From the NCBI GenBank assembly GCA_002898395.1, contig BEHE01000013.1, positions 1-59,413 on the forward strand: DNA of 59,413 bases, written 5' to 3'. This document shows positions 17,621 to 27,829 of this stretch, piece by piece. Both the position numbers and the translations under genes were made by a program. Below the pieces are notes generated by a model. The model made no database searches. It saw only the letters and a program-made list of their open reading frames with translations, and was not told where the DNA came from. Within the stretch, counting starts at the first letter, position 1; every line of letters starts with the position of its first letter. The DNA comes from Candidatus Calditenuaceae archaeon HR02 (GTDB lineage Archaea > Thermoproteota > Nitrososphaeria_A > Caldarchaeales > Calditenuaceae).

Positions 17621-18448
17621 CCTCTGGGTCTCCTGCTTGTATGTCAGCCAGATTTTCATGAGAACCCCCTCCTGTTTTCTTGCCTTTGGTATCCCTTCTA
17701 TAAGCGCCATCGTCAGTCTTACCAAGGCATGTCGAATTTGGTGGCTGTATCTCTGGTTTTTCGAGCGCCTATGGTAGAGCCTTACATATCCACGAATCCT
17801 CTGGAATGATTTTGAAAAATCTACATATGTCAGAAGCTCAGCCAAGGCTTCTTGAGCTTTTGTGTCGTTTTCACCCGTTATCCCGAAGCTCTCAGCCATC
17901 CCATCGAATTGTGGGTATCTTTTCCTTGCTTCCTCAACTATCCTCTCAGCAAGCCTATCAATATCGGTATCCAATTGTTCAATAGTGTTCTTCAGATAGA
18001 TTCTATCGCTTTGGTTTAGGGCTTTGGACATGCTCTCAAGCCTCCGACGAGACATCAGCAGAGCCCTATAAGCCGCTGTCAACCCCCTCATCACCAGAAA
18101 ATCCTCGGAAACCTATCTAAACCACTTAGGCTCAATAGACATCAAGGCCCTTAAATCGTTCCTCGAAGTCTTACTCACCTTAAGCCTTTCACGCATCTCC
18201 TTAACAATCCTCGCCCTCCTAAGATAGAAGACCCTTACACCACGCCTCAGAACCTCAATGAACTCATCAGTAAGCTCTATGGGAATAACATCCACATAGA
18301 GCTCGTCCCCAGACCTGGCAGGCATATCTGTTGTCTTCTCAGCCTTGCCGAAAACTTCTCCATCAACAGTATATAGGTGAAAGCTCTCCTCCGTCTTATT
18401 TCGCCGCCTTTTGTTAGCCAACCTGTGAACATCACAGTAGAATCTCAC
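17588..18448 (-). pseudogene. Second IS110/TasR-like gene with one in-frame TAG (18113-18115)
   Basis: Two ORFs in the same frame; KWFR*VSEDFLVM aligns to KWFRKVDEDYLVM of copy 1. Confidence 0.8.
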
Positions 18449-18579
18449 ATCTACACCATCCCATCGACATTAATATACGGTTTAGGCCACCTCTTCCCAC
18501 ATTCGCGACTAGGCCTAGTCCTCAGCCTCACACCACAGTGGAGGGCCGGGGCTCAAGATTAAGACTCCAGAACTAGAGG

Positions 18580-19040
18580 GAATGATTAATGGGGCGGTAG
18601 GGCTGTCATCGAGACTCCCCTCGAGAACGGCCTCTATATCAGGAAGCCTAGAATACGATATCGACTCAGGCACGCTTAGGGTCAGGATAACTGCCGAGGC
18701 CTCAGAACTATTATTAAACAGGGAAAGGCCAATAAGGGTGAGACTACTCAAGGACTACTTCTCAGACATTCTTAAAGTAAGGCTTGAGAATGTGAGTCTA
18801 AGATACTATCCCGCCGCTAGGAGTGGTGCATACAGTATGGGATTTAAATACCGCTCAAAATGCCAACAAATACATAAACACAGAACAGATTAGATGCCCC
18901 AGATGCAACACAAAACTAAGAAACAGGTCAAGAAGATAGCACTTAACTCACGACGGGCAGGATGTTAATTCCTAAAGTTCTCAGAGAGGAGACATGCTCT
19001 TCACTGGGCAGGAAGCCCTCAGCGCAGGTCGGTCTCACTA
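18580..19040 (+). pseudogene. Possible degraded TnpB-like 3' remnant
   Basis: Residual RCPRC zinc-finger and a right-end-like ...GGTCTCAC; heavily decayed. Confidence 0.3.
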
Positions 19041-19110
19041 CACCTAAGATATTTCATAAGCGTAGGGGCGGGAGCTGGCTTCGGGAAGCCTGGAAGAGCT
19101 TAGAAATTAA

Positions 19111-19893
19111 CTAACTAATTTGAAAACTTTTGAGATATTTTCCTCGGAGTAGTAGTCTAACTGTGACGAATCTGTCCAGCCCTGAGGTGGCTATCTTTTT
19201 GCCGTAGACCTCCTCCACTTGGAAGACTCCCGCCTCGTTGACCATGTCCACCTCGACGATAAGTGGGATGTCGTCCCCCTCCTTAAGCTCGACCGACTTT
19301 ATCGCGAGGGCTGAGAAGGCGTGTATGTCTGACTTTCCATACATGTATGGGTATCTGGCCCTCCCCTCGGCCATGTCTGTTCCGTCCGCTAGCTTGACTA
19401 TCCCTGCCTCGAGGCTTAATGCCTGCACGTTATCATCATGTGCAAGTATGGAGTGGAGTATCTCTTGCCTAATCCTCATCTGTGCCTTCAGGTCTTGATA
19501 GTATTTAGGCAGTATCCTTGACAGTATTCCAGCCGCAACGTAGGTACCGGTTATGTGGTGCATCTCCCTGTGAATCATGTTGCCTATGTCGTGGAGATAG
19601 GAGCTTAAAAGGACAACTATCGCAGCGTCGCGGTGGCTGAGGCCATGCTGTACAGTCACCGGCCTCAAACCCCGCCTAGTCATTATGTCCAGTATCTCTA
19701 GCGCCGAGCCCGCGACTATCTTAGCATGCATTGGGCCGTGGTCGTTGTAGTAGAGCCGCTTAACCACCATGTCGTTACAGAGCCTGAGGGCTGTCTGAAG
19801 CTCCTCATCACCCTCCAGCTCGCGGTACAGTGTAGATAGGACCTCGTCTCCCTTCACCTTCTCCTCGACCAGCCTCTCCGAGACCCGCACCAT
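19111..19893 (-). CDS. HD-domain phosphohydrolase
   Basis: YNDHGPMH, LHDIGN, H, LADGTD. Confidence 0.9.
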   Translation of the reverse strand: MVRVSERLVEEKVKGDEVLSTLYRELEGDEELQTALRLCNDMVVKRLYYNDHGPMHAKIVAGSALEILDIMTRRGLRPVTVQHGLSHRDAAIVVLLSSYLHDIGNMIHREMHHITGTYVAAGILSRILPKYYQDLKAQMRIRQEILHSILAHDDNVQALSLEAGIVKLADGTDMAEGRARYPYMYGKSDIHAFSALAIKSVELKEGDDIPLIVEVDMVNEAGVFQVEEVYGKKIATSGLDRFVTVRLLLRGKYLKSFQIS

Positions 19894-20008
19894 GGCTATT
19901 CTTAGGACGCCGGATCCAATAAAGCCGCGCCTACTGCCCCCGGCCCTCCCTCTGCATCGTTAATTACGTGGGCGGAGAATTAGTTATCTAGGGTGGGGGT
20001 GCCGGGAG

Positions 20009-21790
20009 ATGGGCTGGATACGTGAGCCAATAGTCGTGGTCCTAGGGCATGTGGACCATGGTAAAACCTCCCTTCTCGATAAGATGAGGGGCACAGTGGT
20101 TGCTAGGAGGGAGGCTGGTGGCATAACGCAGCACATAGGAGCTAGCCACTTCCCACTGGACGCGGTGCTGGAGACTTGTAGGCGGCTGCTGGGAGAGGTA
20201 AAGGTCCAGCTAAAGGTTCCCGGCCTCCTCTTCATAGACACGCCCGGGCACCAGGTCTTCGCAAACCTGAGGAAGAGGGGTGGCTCGATAGCTGATATGG
20301 CCATCTTAGTGGTCGATGTTATGCAGGGGGTCCAGGAGCAGACGGTTGAGAGCATCCAGCTCCTCAGGGCCAGGAAGACCCCCTTCGTGGTTGCCCTCAA
20401 TAAGATAGACATGATAACTGGCTGGAAGCCTGTCGAGGGAGCCCCCTTCAAAGACTCCTTCAGCAACCAGCACCCCCGAGTCAGGGAGGCCCTCGAGGCC
20501 CGCGTATACACTGTAGTGGGACAGCTCTCAAGCCTCGGATTCCAGTCAGACCTCTACACCCGGATAACAAACTTCGCAAAGACCCTAGCCATTGTTCCGG
20601 TAAGCGCGAAGACAGGCGAGGGTATTGCCGACCTGTTGCTGGTAATTCTGGGTCTGGCCCAGGCCTACATGTCGAGGCAGCTGGAGGCCGAGGAAAAAGG
20701 GGCTGAGGGAACCATCCTAGAAGTCGTCGAGGAGGTAGGGCTTGGAGCCACGGCCAACGCCGTGATAAGCGACGGTATACTACGCGTCGAGGACAGGGTG
20801 GCTGTGCTCGGCAGGGATGGGCCGATGGTAGTAAGGGTCAGAGCCCTCCTAATGCCCAAGCCCTTAGACGAGATGAGAGACCCGCGAGACAGGTTCAGGA
20901 ACGTTGAAGAGGTCAGGGCCTCCGCCGGCGTGAAGATTGTCGGCGAGGGCCTAGACGCCGCCGTTCCAGGCTCACCACTATACGCGGTCTCAAACGAGGA
21001 GAAGCTCGAAGAAGTCTTCGCAAGGCTTCAGAGCGAGGTTGGGGAGTTTGTAGTCAGGACAGACAAGATAGGAGTAGTCGTGAAGGCAGACACGTTGGGC
21101 ACGCTCGAGGCGATGGTGAACTATCTGAGAGAGAAGGGTGTCCCTATAAGGTCTGCCGACATCGGCGACATCTCGAAGAGGGACTTGATGGAGTCAGCCG
21201 CGGTAAAGCTAAAGGACGAGTTTTTAGGCGTCATCCTGGCTTTCAACGTCGATGTGCCCAAGGAGCTTGAGGCGGAAGCCGCCAGTCGGGGGGTCCGCAT
21301 ATTTAGAGGAGAAGTACTCTTCAGACTGGTTGATGAGTATCTACAATGGGTTACTACGACACGCGAGGAGCGCGCAAGAGCCAGCTTCGAGAGGCTCGTC
21401 AAGCCGGCCAAGATCAGGGTCCTAGAGGGCTATGTATTCAGGAGGAGCAACCCCGCGATATTCGGCGTTGAGATTCTCTCAGGCCAGCTCACACCCCACG
21501 TGAGCTTGATGAACTCATCGGGCCGCGTTGTCGGCGTCGTCACACAGCTCCAGAACATGGGGAGACCTGTAGCAATTGCCTCTGCAGGGGAGAAGGTTGC
21601 CATCTCGATGAAGGAGCCAGTTGTTGGGAGGCACATAAAGGAGGGTGAGACACTATACGTCGCAATACCGGAGAGCGACGCCCGCCTCCTCTTAACCACC
21701 TTCCAGGACAGACTTAGTGAAGACGCAAAAACCACTCTCAACGAGATAGTCGAGATCAAACGTAAGACTAATCCCCTATGGGCAATGTAG
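20009..21790 (+). CDS. infB: Translation initiation factor aIF5B (IF-2)
   Basis: GHVDHGKT, GGITQHIGA, DTPGH, NKID, VFRRSNPAI. Confidence 0.98.
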   Translation: MGWIREPIVVVLGHVDHGKTSLLDKMRGTVVARREAGGITQHIGASHFPLDAVLETCRRLLGEVKVQLKVPGLLFIDTPGHQVFANLRKRGGSIADMAILVVDVMQGVQEQTVESIQLLRARKTPFVVALNKIDMITGWKPVEGAPFKDSFSNQHPRVREALEARVYTVVGQLSSLGFQSDLYTRITNFAKTLAIVPVSAKTGEGIADLLLVILGLAQAYMSRQLEAEEKGAEGTILEVVEEVGLGATANAVISDGILRVEDRVAVLGRDGPMVVRVRALLMPKPLDEMRDPRDRFRNVEEVRASAGVKIVGEGLDAAVPGSPLYAVSNEEKLEEVFARLQSEVGEFVVRTDKIGVVVKADTLGTLEAMVNYLREKGVPIRSADIGDISKRDLMESAAVKLKDEFLGVILAFNVDVPKELEAEAASRGVRIFRGEVLFRLVDEYLQWVTTTREERARASFERLVKPAKIRVLEGYVFRRSNPAIFGVEILSGQLTPHVSLMNSSGRVVGVVTQLQNMGRPVAIASAGEKVAISMKEPVVGRHIKEGETLYVAIPESDARLLLTTFQDRLSEDAKTTLNEIVEIKRKTNPLWAM

Positions 21791-21803
21791 CAGGCCCCGC
21801 GCC

Positions 21804-21896
21804 AAAATGTAAATCTCTACAGCGTAGCGGGGTCTGCGGAGGATCTTTAATACGACTCGATCTGGATCACGTGGTCATAGACCAATCCAACCACTA
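21804..21896 (+). pseudogene. Decayed duplicate of the 5' part of the LLM oxidoreductase gene
   Basis: ATACGACTCGATCTGGA..CACGTGGTCATAGACC.ATCCAAC matches 22725-22775. Confidence 0.65.
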
Positions 21897-22614
21897 TTAT
21901 GCCTCTCATGCCTCTTCCTCACCAATTCAAAGAGTTTAAGCCATAAAATTTTGTCACCTTTCCATGAAAAATTAGGAATCAAAAAGATAGTCTCCAAAGA
22001 CGAAGATTTCGATAAAATACCTGGAATAGAGTGTGTATGGTTAAAAACATAAGTTTTTATTCGGTGGTTTGTAAAAGATTTCTCCATCATATCAGAAGGC
22101 ATTTGAAGATGTTACTATCTATGTAAACCAACTCGTGACATAATTTTCTTCACGGGGCATACTCTCTAATTATCTCTCCCGGATTTTCTCTATATGTTCT
22201 CGCGTAGTAATTTATTTCTTTAGTTCTATCCCTTCTCAGAGACATGTCGAGTTGCCACTACGGGCGGAACCCTGTAAACATTCTTATTCTCGCCCCCGTC
22301 TACAATCTGGGGAGCATTCATTAAACTATCTCATCGATCTTCATGCCAATCTTCCTATTACCGTATTTGACATATAAAATCAGAGCTATGTCTCCAAGTC
22401 ATAGAGCAGCACATTTAATATGGGGATTTTATTGATTATTCCTGCTTATTTACGTGTTCTAGCAATCGTAGCGTTTTTGTGTCTGTGTTGGGGATAGGTT
22501 TAGACGTTAGTTTCTGAGACATATTTTAACCATTATACCTTCAGTACAAGTTCCCAAAGGGAAAAGGATAGGCTACAAGACACAGCACAATCAAAATGTA
22601 AATAGTGGTGGACA

Positions 22615-23529
22615 GTGGATAGTTTTGTGGCTCGTCCATTTCTTGGGATAGCTATCCCCCACTTCGGCCGCAATCTATCGCCCGACTCTGTCTATAGTGT
22701 TGCGAAGGCTGCGGAAGAGCTTGGATACGACTCGATCTGGACCACAGACCACGTGGTCATAGACCCATCCAACTACTACCCCTATGGGCGAATATACGAG
22801 AGCATAGCCGTCCTCGCGGCGATAGGCTCGGTCACGGAGGGAATAAGGATAGGGACTTCCATCATAGTAATACCCATGCGAAACGCAGTTCTCACGGCCA
22901 AGCAGCTCGCCACCATCGACTCACTCACTGGCGGCAGGCTCATCGTTGGCTTAGGCGTGGGCTGGAACTGGCAGGAATTCAGAAACTTGGGAGCCGATTT
23001 TAGGCGACGTGGCAGGATAGAGGAGGAGTCAATCAAGCTTATGAAAACCCTTTGGAGCGGTGAGAGGCCGGTATTCGCGGGAGAGTTCTACAGGGTTGAG
23101 GACGCCGTATTTGAGCCTCTTCCGGCACAGCAGGGTGGACCACCCATCTGGCTTGGAGGCAACAGCAGGGTCGCGTTGGAGCGGGCCTTGAGACTAGCCG
23201 ACGGCTGGCATGTCACCGGCATGCATCCGAGCGATTTCGCGGATATGGTGAAGAGAGCAGCAGGGAGGGCAAAGCCCGAGTTTGTATTCTCGGCCAGGCT
23301 GACGGTTGAGCTCGGAGGAAAGGGGCCCAAGGAATATACATCGCCGCTTGGAGAAAGGCGTTTCATATTGGGTGGCAGCGCCGGACAGGTTGCTGATCAG
23401 CTATCGGCATATATACGGAGTGGTGCTAGTCACCTGGTCCTATATCTGGGAGACCTGCCGGCAAAAACCTACATCGATACCATGAGACGGCTTATGAGGG
23501 AGGTAGCACCCTCCATATCCGGCAGCTGA
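22615..23529 (+). CDS. LLM-class (probably F420-dependent) oxidoreductase
   Basis: AEELGYDSIWTTDH, AKQLATIDSLTGGR, PPIWLGGNS. Confidence 0.9.
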   Translation: MDSFVARPFLGIAIPHFGRNLSPDSVYSVAKAAEELGYDSIWTTDHVVIDPSNYYPYGRIYESIAVLAAIGSVTEGIRIGTSIIVIPMRNAVLTAKQLATIDSLTGGRLIVGLGVGWNWQEFRNLGADFRRRGRIEEESIKLMKTLWSGERPVFAGEFYRVEDAVFEPLPAQQGGPPIWLGGNSRVALERALRLADGWHVTGMHPSDFADMVKRAAGRAKPEFVFSARLTVELGGKGPKEYTSPLGERRFILGGSAGQVADQLSAYIRSGASHLVLYLGDLPAKTYIDTMRRLMREVAPSISGS

Positions 23530-24110
23530 GCCCTGTATTTAACCAGCGGCTTTCAACCAAGTCGTTGAAGACTTACCAAGTCTCTAGAAAAGATCACGAA
23601 AAACGATGATTCACGCGTGACTTCCGTGCCGGTTATTGGGCTGCGTAGTTTAAGACTTGTTGTGTAAAAATGCTGAGGCTTTGAGCAGTCATAGTGTTTG
23701 AAGACTGCCTGCAAGACACTCTCGCCTCTCAGCGCCCTCCCCCACCCGTGTCACGATACCGTGCCTGAACTGTCTTACGGCATAAGCCTCCCGCATCGAC
23801 TCTAAGACTTCCTCTCTTTTCCGACGCCTTCACAAGCCTACCCTCAGCCATCCCCATCCATCGCCCCTTCATTGATGGGTCAGAACTATTTTTCAGATAT
23901 GCCTCGTTATTCAGCTTTTACTCACCGCGAGCGTGTCTAAAAATTCCGTTACGCGCTTAATCCAGATGTTGTGGGTTGGGATTGCTTCGGACTCTTCGCG
24001 AAAGGGGCGCTTTTCACGCCTTACAGAGCCTTAACTACCCCATTTCGCAGGCCTAAAAGACGGTAGAGAGCAACGCATATAAAATACACAGAAAATGGAT
24101 TAAGAGCGAT

Positions 24111-24494
24111 CTATATTGTAGTGAGGGCGAGGAAGTCTGTCCTAAATTCCGATAGGTCTAGGTCCTTTCTCGCAGGGTCTATCTTTATCATGTATGCCTC
24201 CATGTCTAATACCCCGAATATCATCTCCACTGTAAGCTCGTCTAGCAGGAAGGCTTCAACCCAAACCTCCCTGTCGTCTATATCAACCAAGACCTCGCAG
24301 ACCGTCTCCAGCGTAACCCTTCTGCCGTCCGCCAGCGTAGCATACGTCGGGGCTATAATCTTCCTAGTGCTCGAGACGCTAGCTGCGACCTCCCTCTTTA
24401 TGAGAGACCTAGTAGCCCCGGTATCAAACAACACGTCAACGACTCTCTCACCCCTATCACCCCTTACGTGCAGCCTCTTCTTGACCATTCCCAT
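24111..24494 (-). CDS. Clan AA (retropepsin-like) aspartic protease
   Basis: VLFDTGATRSLI, LADG, IFG.LDME. Confidence 0.85.
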   Translation of the reverse strand: MGMVKKRLHVRGDRGERVVDVLFDTGATRSLIKREVAASVSSTRKIIAPTYATLADGRRVTLETVCEVLVDIDDREVWVEAFLLDELTVEMIFGVLDMEAYMIKIDPARKDLDLSEFRTDFLALTTI

Positions 24495-24706
24495 CCCTGC
24501 CCAAATAATCTACACTCGCCAGACGCTAATAAGCTTAATGAAATCACGAATAACCAAGTAAACTTCATAAGCATAATCTCTCATGAATTAAGGCTGAATA
24601 TCTTCCACCAACCATTCTGGCTATTATCTACTTTCCTTCCTAAGGCCTGTATAGTATCATGTTCCAGCAAGTAAGGGATGCCAGGAAAGTCTCAGTCTAC
24701 AAGGAT

Positions 24707-24990
24707 GTGTTAGTGCAGAGCATGGAGCGGCTTGGGCTACATTTCGTAAGGCAGGCGAAGATAAGCCTTGGTGAGCTCTCGTCAGAAGCCGGGCACCATA
24801 CTATCTAGCCGACTTCCTGGTAGGTGGCAAGCTTGTGGTGGACTATGATAGCTATGCGCACAGAACCAGCAGGAGGCAGTTGGATAGCAGGAGGGATGAA
24901 ATCCTCCAGAAACTAGGCTACAAGATACTTAGGATAGATAACGAGGGTGTTAGACTCGGCCCTGACGTACGCGCCTACCGGTTAGCAAAA
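24707..24990 (+). pseudogene. DUF559/Vsr-like endonuclease remnant
   Basis: FVRQ...YLADFLVGGKLVVDYD..AH...D.RRDEILQKLGYKILRIDNE across a frameshift. Confidence 0.6.
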
Positions 24991-25392
24991 ACACTAGGAG
25001 AACTCCCAATTCCAAAGACGGATGCCGCCTTCTCATGGCTGAGAATAACACGTAGCGCAGTATTGGCCGGTATAAGGGTTTCATGCAGCCTCGAGAGGCT
25101 AAGACTCTTCCTAGGAGAGACCATAAACTCCGAGATCGTTAGGGGATACCTGGCTGGTGGGAGGGATAGGCTAGTGGAGAGAAAGAGAACCAGGGGATCG
25201 GCGATAGAGGTAGAGGCAGAGTGGAAGAAGAAACTATCCACACACCAAGGATACACTCTAATAACATGCTCGAACATAAAACAAGTATCCTATAGAGATG
25301 AATATGGCTCAAGCATTAGATGGCTGCCCGATAGCGGCGTAACAGGCTCCCTAGCGGGAGAAGCAGGCATAGAGGCGTTACTCGCGCTGAAT

Positions 25393-25674
25393 ATGTCAAC
25401 AATAAGAATAATTCTTGATAAGGAATTAGAGAGGCGATTCAGAGAATTGGCGATGAGAAAGTTCGGCTATAGCAAAGGCGCTATCAGTAGGGCTGCTCAG
25501 GAGGCTATAGCTATGTGGGTATCGTGGGTTGAGTCAGAAGGTTTTCAAGTTGAGGAAGACCCTATAGAGGCTATAGATGGGCTCTTATCTGACATTAGGC
25601 TAGACGCTGTGGAATTACAACATAAAGCGACTGAGTTTTGGATAACTAAAGTAGCTAGCCATGTATCTGATTGA
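25393..25674 (+). CDS. RHH-type antitoxin
   Basis: MSTIRIILDKELERRFRELAMRKFG..KGAISRAAQEAI; overlaps the PIN gene; the longer track ORF is a chimera with upstream debris. Confidence 0.75.
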   Translation: MSTIRIILDKELERRFRELAMRKFGYSKGAISRAAQEAIAMWVSWVESEGFQVEEDPIEAIDGLLSDIRLDAVELQHKATEFWITKVASHVSD

Positions 25675-26068
25675 TATAAATATATTTCTCGAAGTTCTGC
25701 TAGGAAGACATAGGAAGGACGATTGCAAGAAACTACTTAGGCAAGTCCAAGAAGGGAAGGGTAAAGGAATAATAACTGACTTCACCATACACTCGATAAT
25801 CGTAATAATGGATGGGTTTAGGAAGCTGAGTGAGTTAAGAACCTTCTTGACTAGTCTAACGGCCTATAAGGGGCTTCAGATACACATAACCACACTATCC
25901 GATGAGGTTAGGGCAGTAGAGCTAGCTACTAAGCATGGCTTAGACATGGACGATGCGATACAATACTATACAGCACTGAGCTTAGGCGTAGACGCTATAA
26001 TATCCTTCGATAAGCATTTTGATAACCTTGAAATACCGAGAAAAGAAACCTGCGGATCTGCTAAGTAA
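25661..26068 (+). CDS. vapC: VapC PIN-domain toxin
   Basis: YLIDINIFLE, LDMDDAIQY, ISFDKHFD. Confidence 0.9.
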   Translation: MYLIDINIFLEVLLGRHRKDDCKKLLRQVQEGKGKGIITDFTIHSIIVIMDGFRKLSELRTFLTSLTAYKGLQIHITTLSDEVRAVELATKHGLDMDDAIQYYTALSLGVDAIISFDKHFDNLEIPRKETCGSAK

Positions 26069-26116
26069 ATAGCCTGTGGACTCCCACTATGTACTATATT
26101 CAGCATTAAGTAAGCC

Positions 26117-26599
26117 GAGCGTGTCGAGAAATTCTTAGCCTAATAAGTCTTTCGTTATAATGGGATGCGGTTACTTATGAGGTGGTCTGCTGAGGCTGAG
26201 GATCTAGGTGGGCTAGTGTCTATAGTGTTGGAGTTTTCTTCTAGTTGTGTTGGGCTGGTGGTCAGGTGTAGGGGTGGGGAGGCCCTTCATGATTGATGGA
26301 GACTATGGCTAGGATGAAGCAATTGGGATAGCTAATTGGTAAGACCCGACACTAGCAGGGATAGGGGATACTATAGGAGGGGCTAGGAAGATATTCAGAG
26401 TACTAGCTGAATAACTATAGGGGTAATAGGCCCTGGGGGAGAGTCTACATTCGGATCACTCGTCAACGAGTTCGACGACAGGGTAAAGACAAGGAGAAAC
26501 GATGCAACCTCCATGAGGATAATCTCCAGGCTCATAGCACAGGCAGCAAAGACGCTGATAAGGATAAGGAAGGCTATAATGGAATTTTTAGACACGCTC
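26117..26599 (+). mobile_element. Internally deleted IS5-like element
   Basis: Ends GAGCGTGTCGAGAAATTC / GGAATTTTTAGACACGCTC; residual GESTFGSLVNEFDDRVKTRR transposase C-terminus. Confidence 0.65.
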
Positions 26600-26618
26600 T
26601 CTATTAGGTTGTATATTT

Positions 26619-27270
26619 ATGGTGTGGAGTTTAGGGAGCTTAGCGACTTTGAGTGGTGGTTGATTAGGTCGCTTCTCCCTCCTAAGCCTAGGGTTGGTAG
26701 TCCTAGGGCCGATGACAGGCGCGTTAAAAAAACGGGATACTCTATGTCCTCACCACCGGTTGTAGGTGGACGGATATGTCTGCCGGGTACGGTTCTTATA
26801 AGACGGCTTGGAGGAGGCTTAGGCTTTGGCAGGAGCTGGGCGTCTGGGAGGAGATATTGAGGGCCCTTGCATCGGCTAGGAGCGCGGATAGGGTCGCTGT
26901 TGACAGCACTACCGTTGAGGCAAAAAGGGGGAAGAGCTGGTAGGGTACGATGGCTTCAAGCGGAGGAAGGGTTCTAAGATACATGTCTGCGTCGATGGAG
27001 AGTCTATGGAGATAAGGAACAGCCCTCCTCAATGGGTGTAGAGGCTAACATACTAGTCAACCGTAGGAGAGGCAGGAGACCCAAACCCTACAACATAGAA
27101 GCATACAGGAGGAAGAGGAGCGCTGTAGAGAGGTTCTCCGCATGGATAAAAAGCCTCAGGAGAATCATTCATAGTAAGATATGAAAGACTATCATCAACA
27201 TACACAGCACTAGTAAAAATAGCGTGCATAATAGTCAACCTAAGATACGGAAACGGAATTTTGATACTAG
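26619..27270 (+). pseudogene. IS5-family (IS427-like) transposase, frameshifted and deleted
   Basis: ELSDFEW..I..LLP...G.PRADDR, GILYVLTTGCRW, YGSYKTAWRR, VDST, AAAAAGGGG slip site, R.AVERF.AW, VRYERL. Confidence 0.85.
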
Positions 27271-27366
27271 TTCGTTATTTAATCCCTATTTAGTGTTAAT
27301 CCGCCCATACTTTGCAAAAACGGTGCATTGGGGTCCTAACCGGGTGGACCCGGCTGAGAGGAGTCT

Positions 27367-27822
27367 CTACTCTAGGATGTAGGTTGGTTGTGATTTTATA
27401 ACCCTCGTAGTGACTAGGACGTTTACCTCTCTCACGCCATTAACTCGCTTGACCTTGTCGATGAGGTTTTGGAGGTCCGCAAGGTCTCGGGCAAATGCTA
27501 CGGCGATCAAGTCGTATTCACCGCTGAACTGGTAGATGTTCAGTATCTCTCTCCAATTCTTCAGCTCTCCTATGGCTTCCTCTCTGAGGCTGGGGTCTAG
27601 CTTTATCATGAAGGCCGCTGAGACGGTTAGTCCGATCTTCCTCGGGTCGACTATCGCGACGAATCCTCTGATAACTCCCCTCTCAAGTAGCCTCTTAATC
27701 CTGAACCTGACTGTGTTCTCAGGCATCCCAATCTTCTCGGCTATCGTCGAGGCTGGCATCCGCGCATCCATCTGCAGTAGCCGTATTATTGCAAGGTCCT
27801 TCTCATCAAGTTCCGCCATCAT
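27367..27822 (-). CDS. Lrp/AsnC transcriptional regulator
   Basis: LDEKDLAIIRLLQMDAR HTH, SGEYDL. Confidence 0.93.
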   Translation of the reverse strand: MMAELDEKDLAIIRLLQMDARMPASTIAEKIGMPENTVRFRIKRLLERGVIRGFVAIVDPRKIGLTVSAAFMIKLDPSLREEAIGELKNWREILNIYQFSGEYDLIAVAFARDLADLQNLIDKVKRVNGVREVNVLVTTRVIKSQPTYILE

Positions 27823-27829
27823 AGCTAGT

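Larger units (their letters stand above)
23929..26599. mobile_element. Segment bounded by a perfect 19-bp inverted repeat (possible composite/non-autonomous transposon)
   Basis: GAGCGTGTCTAAAAATTCC at 23929-23947 and its exact reverse complement at 26581-26599; no clear TSD. Confidence 0.55.

Noticed and set aside
21848-21858. TAATACGACTC, similar to the T7 promoter
   Set aside because: Explained as a mutated copy of LLM coding sequence (GGATACGACTC); the CACTATA half is missing.
23600-23880. Possible transposase/TnpB N-terminal remnant
   Set aside because: Too degraded to assign by eye.
24835-25674. 279-aa nuclease-antitoxin fusion in the ORF track
   Set aside because: The nuclease part lacks its N-terminus (frameshift) and the middle looks like debris; the antitoxin has its own ATG at 25393.
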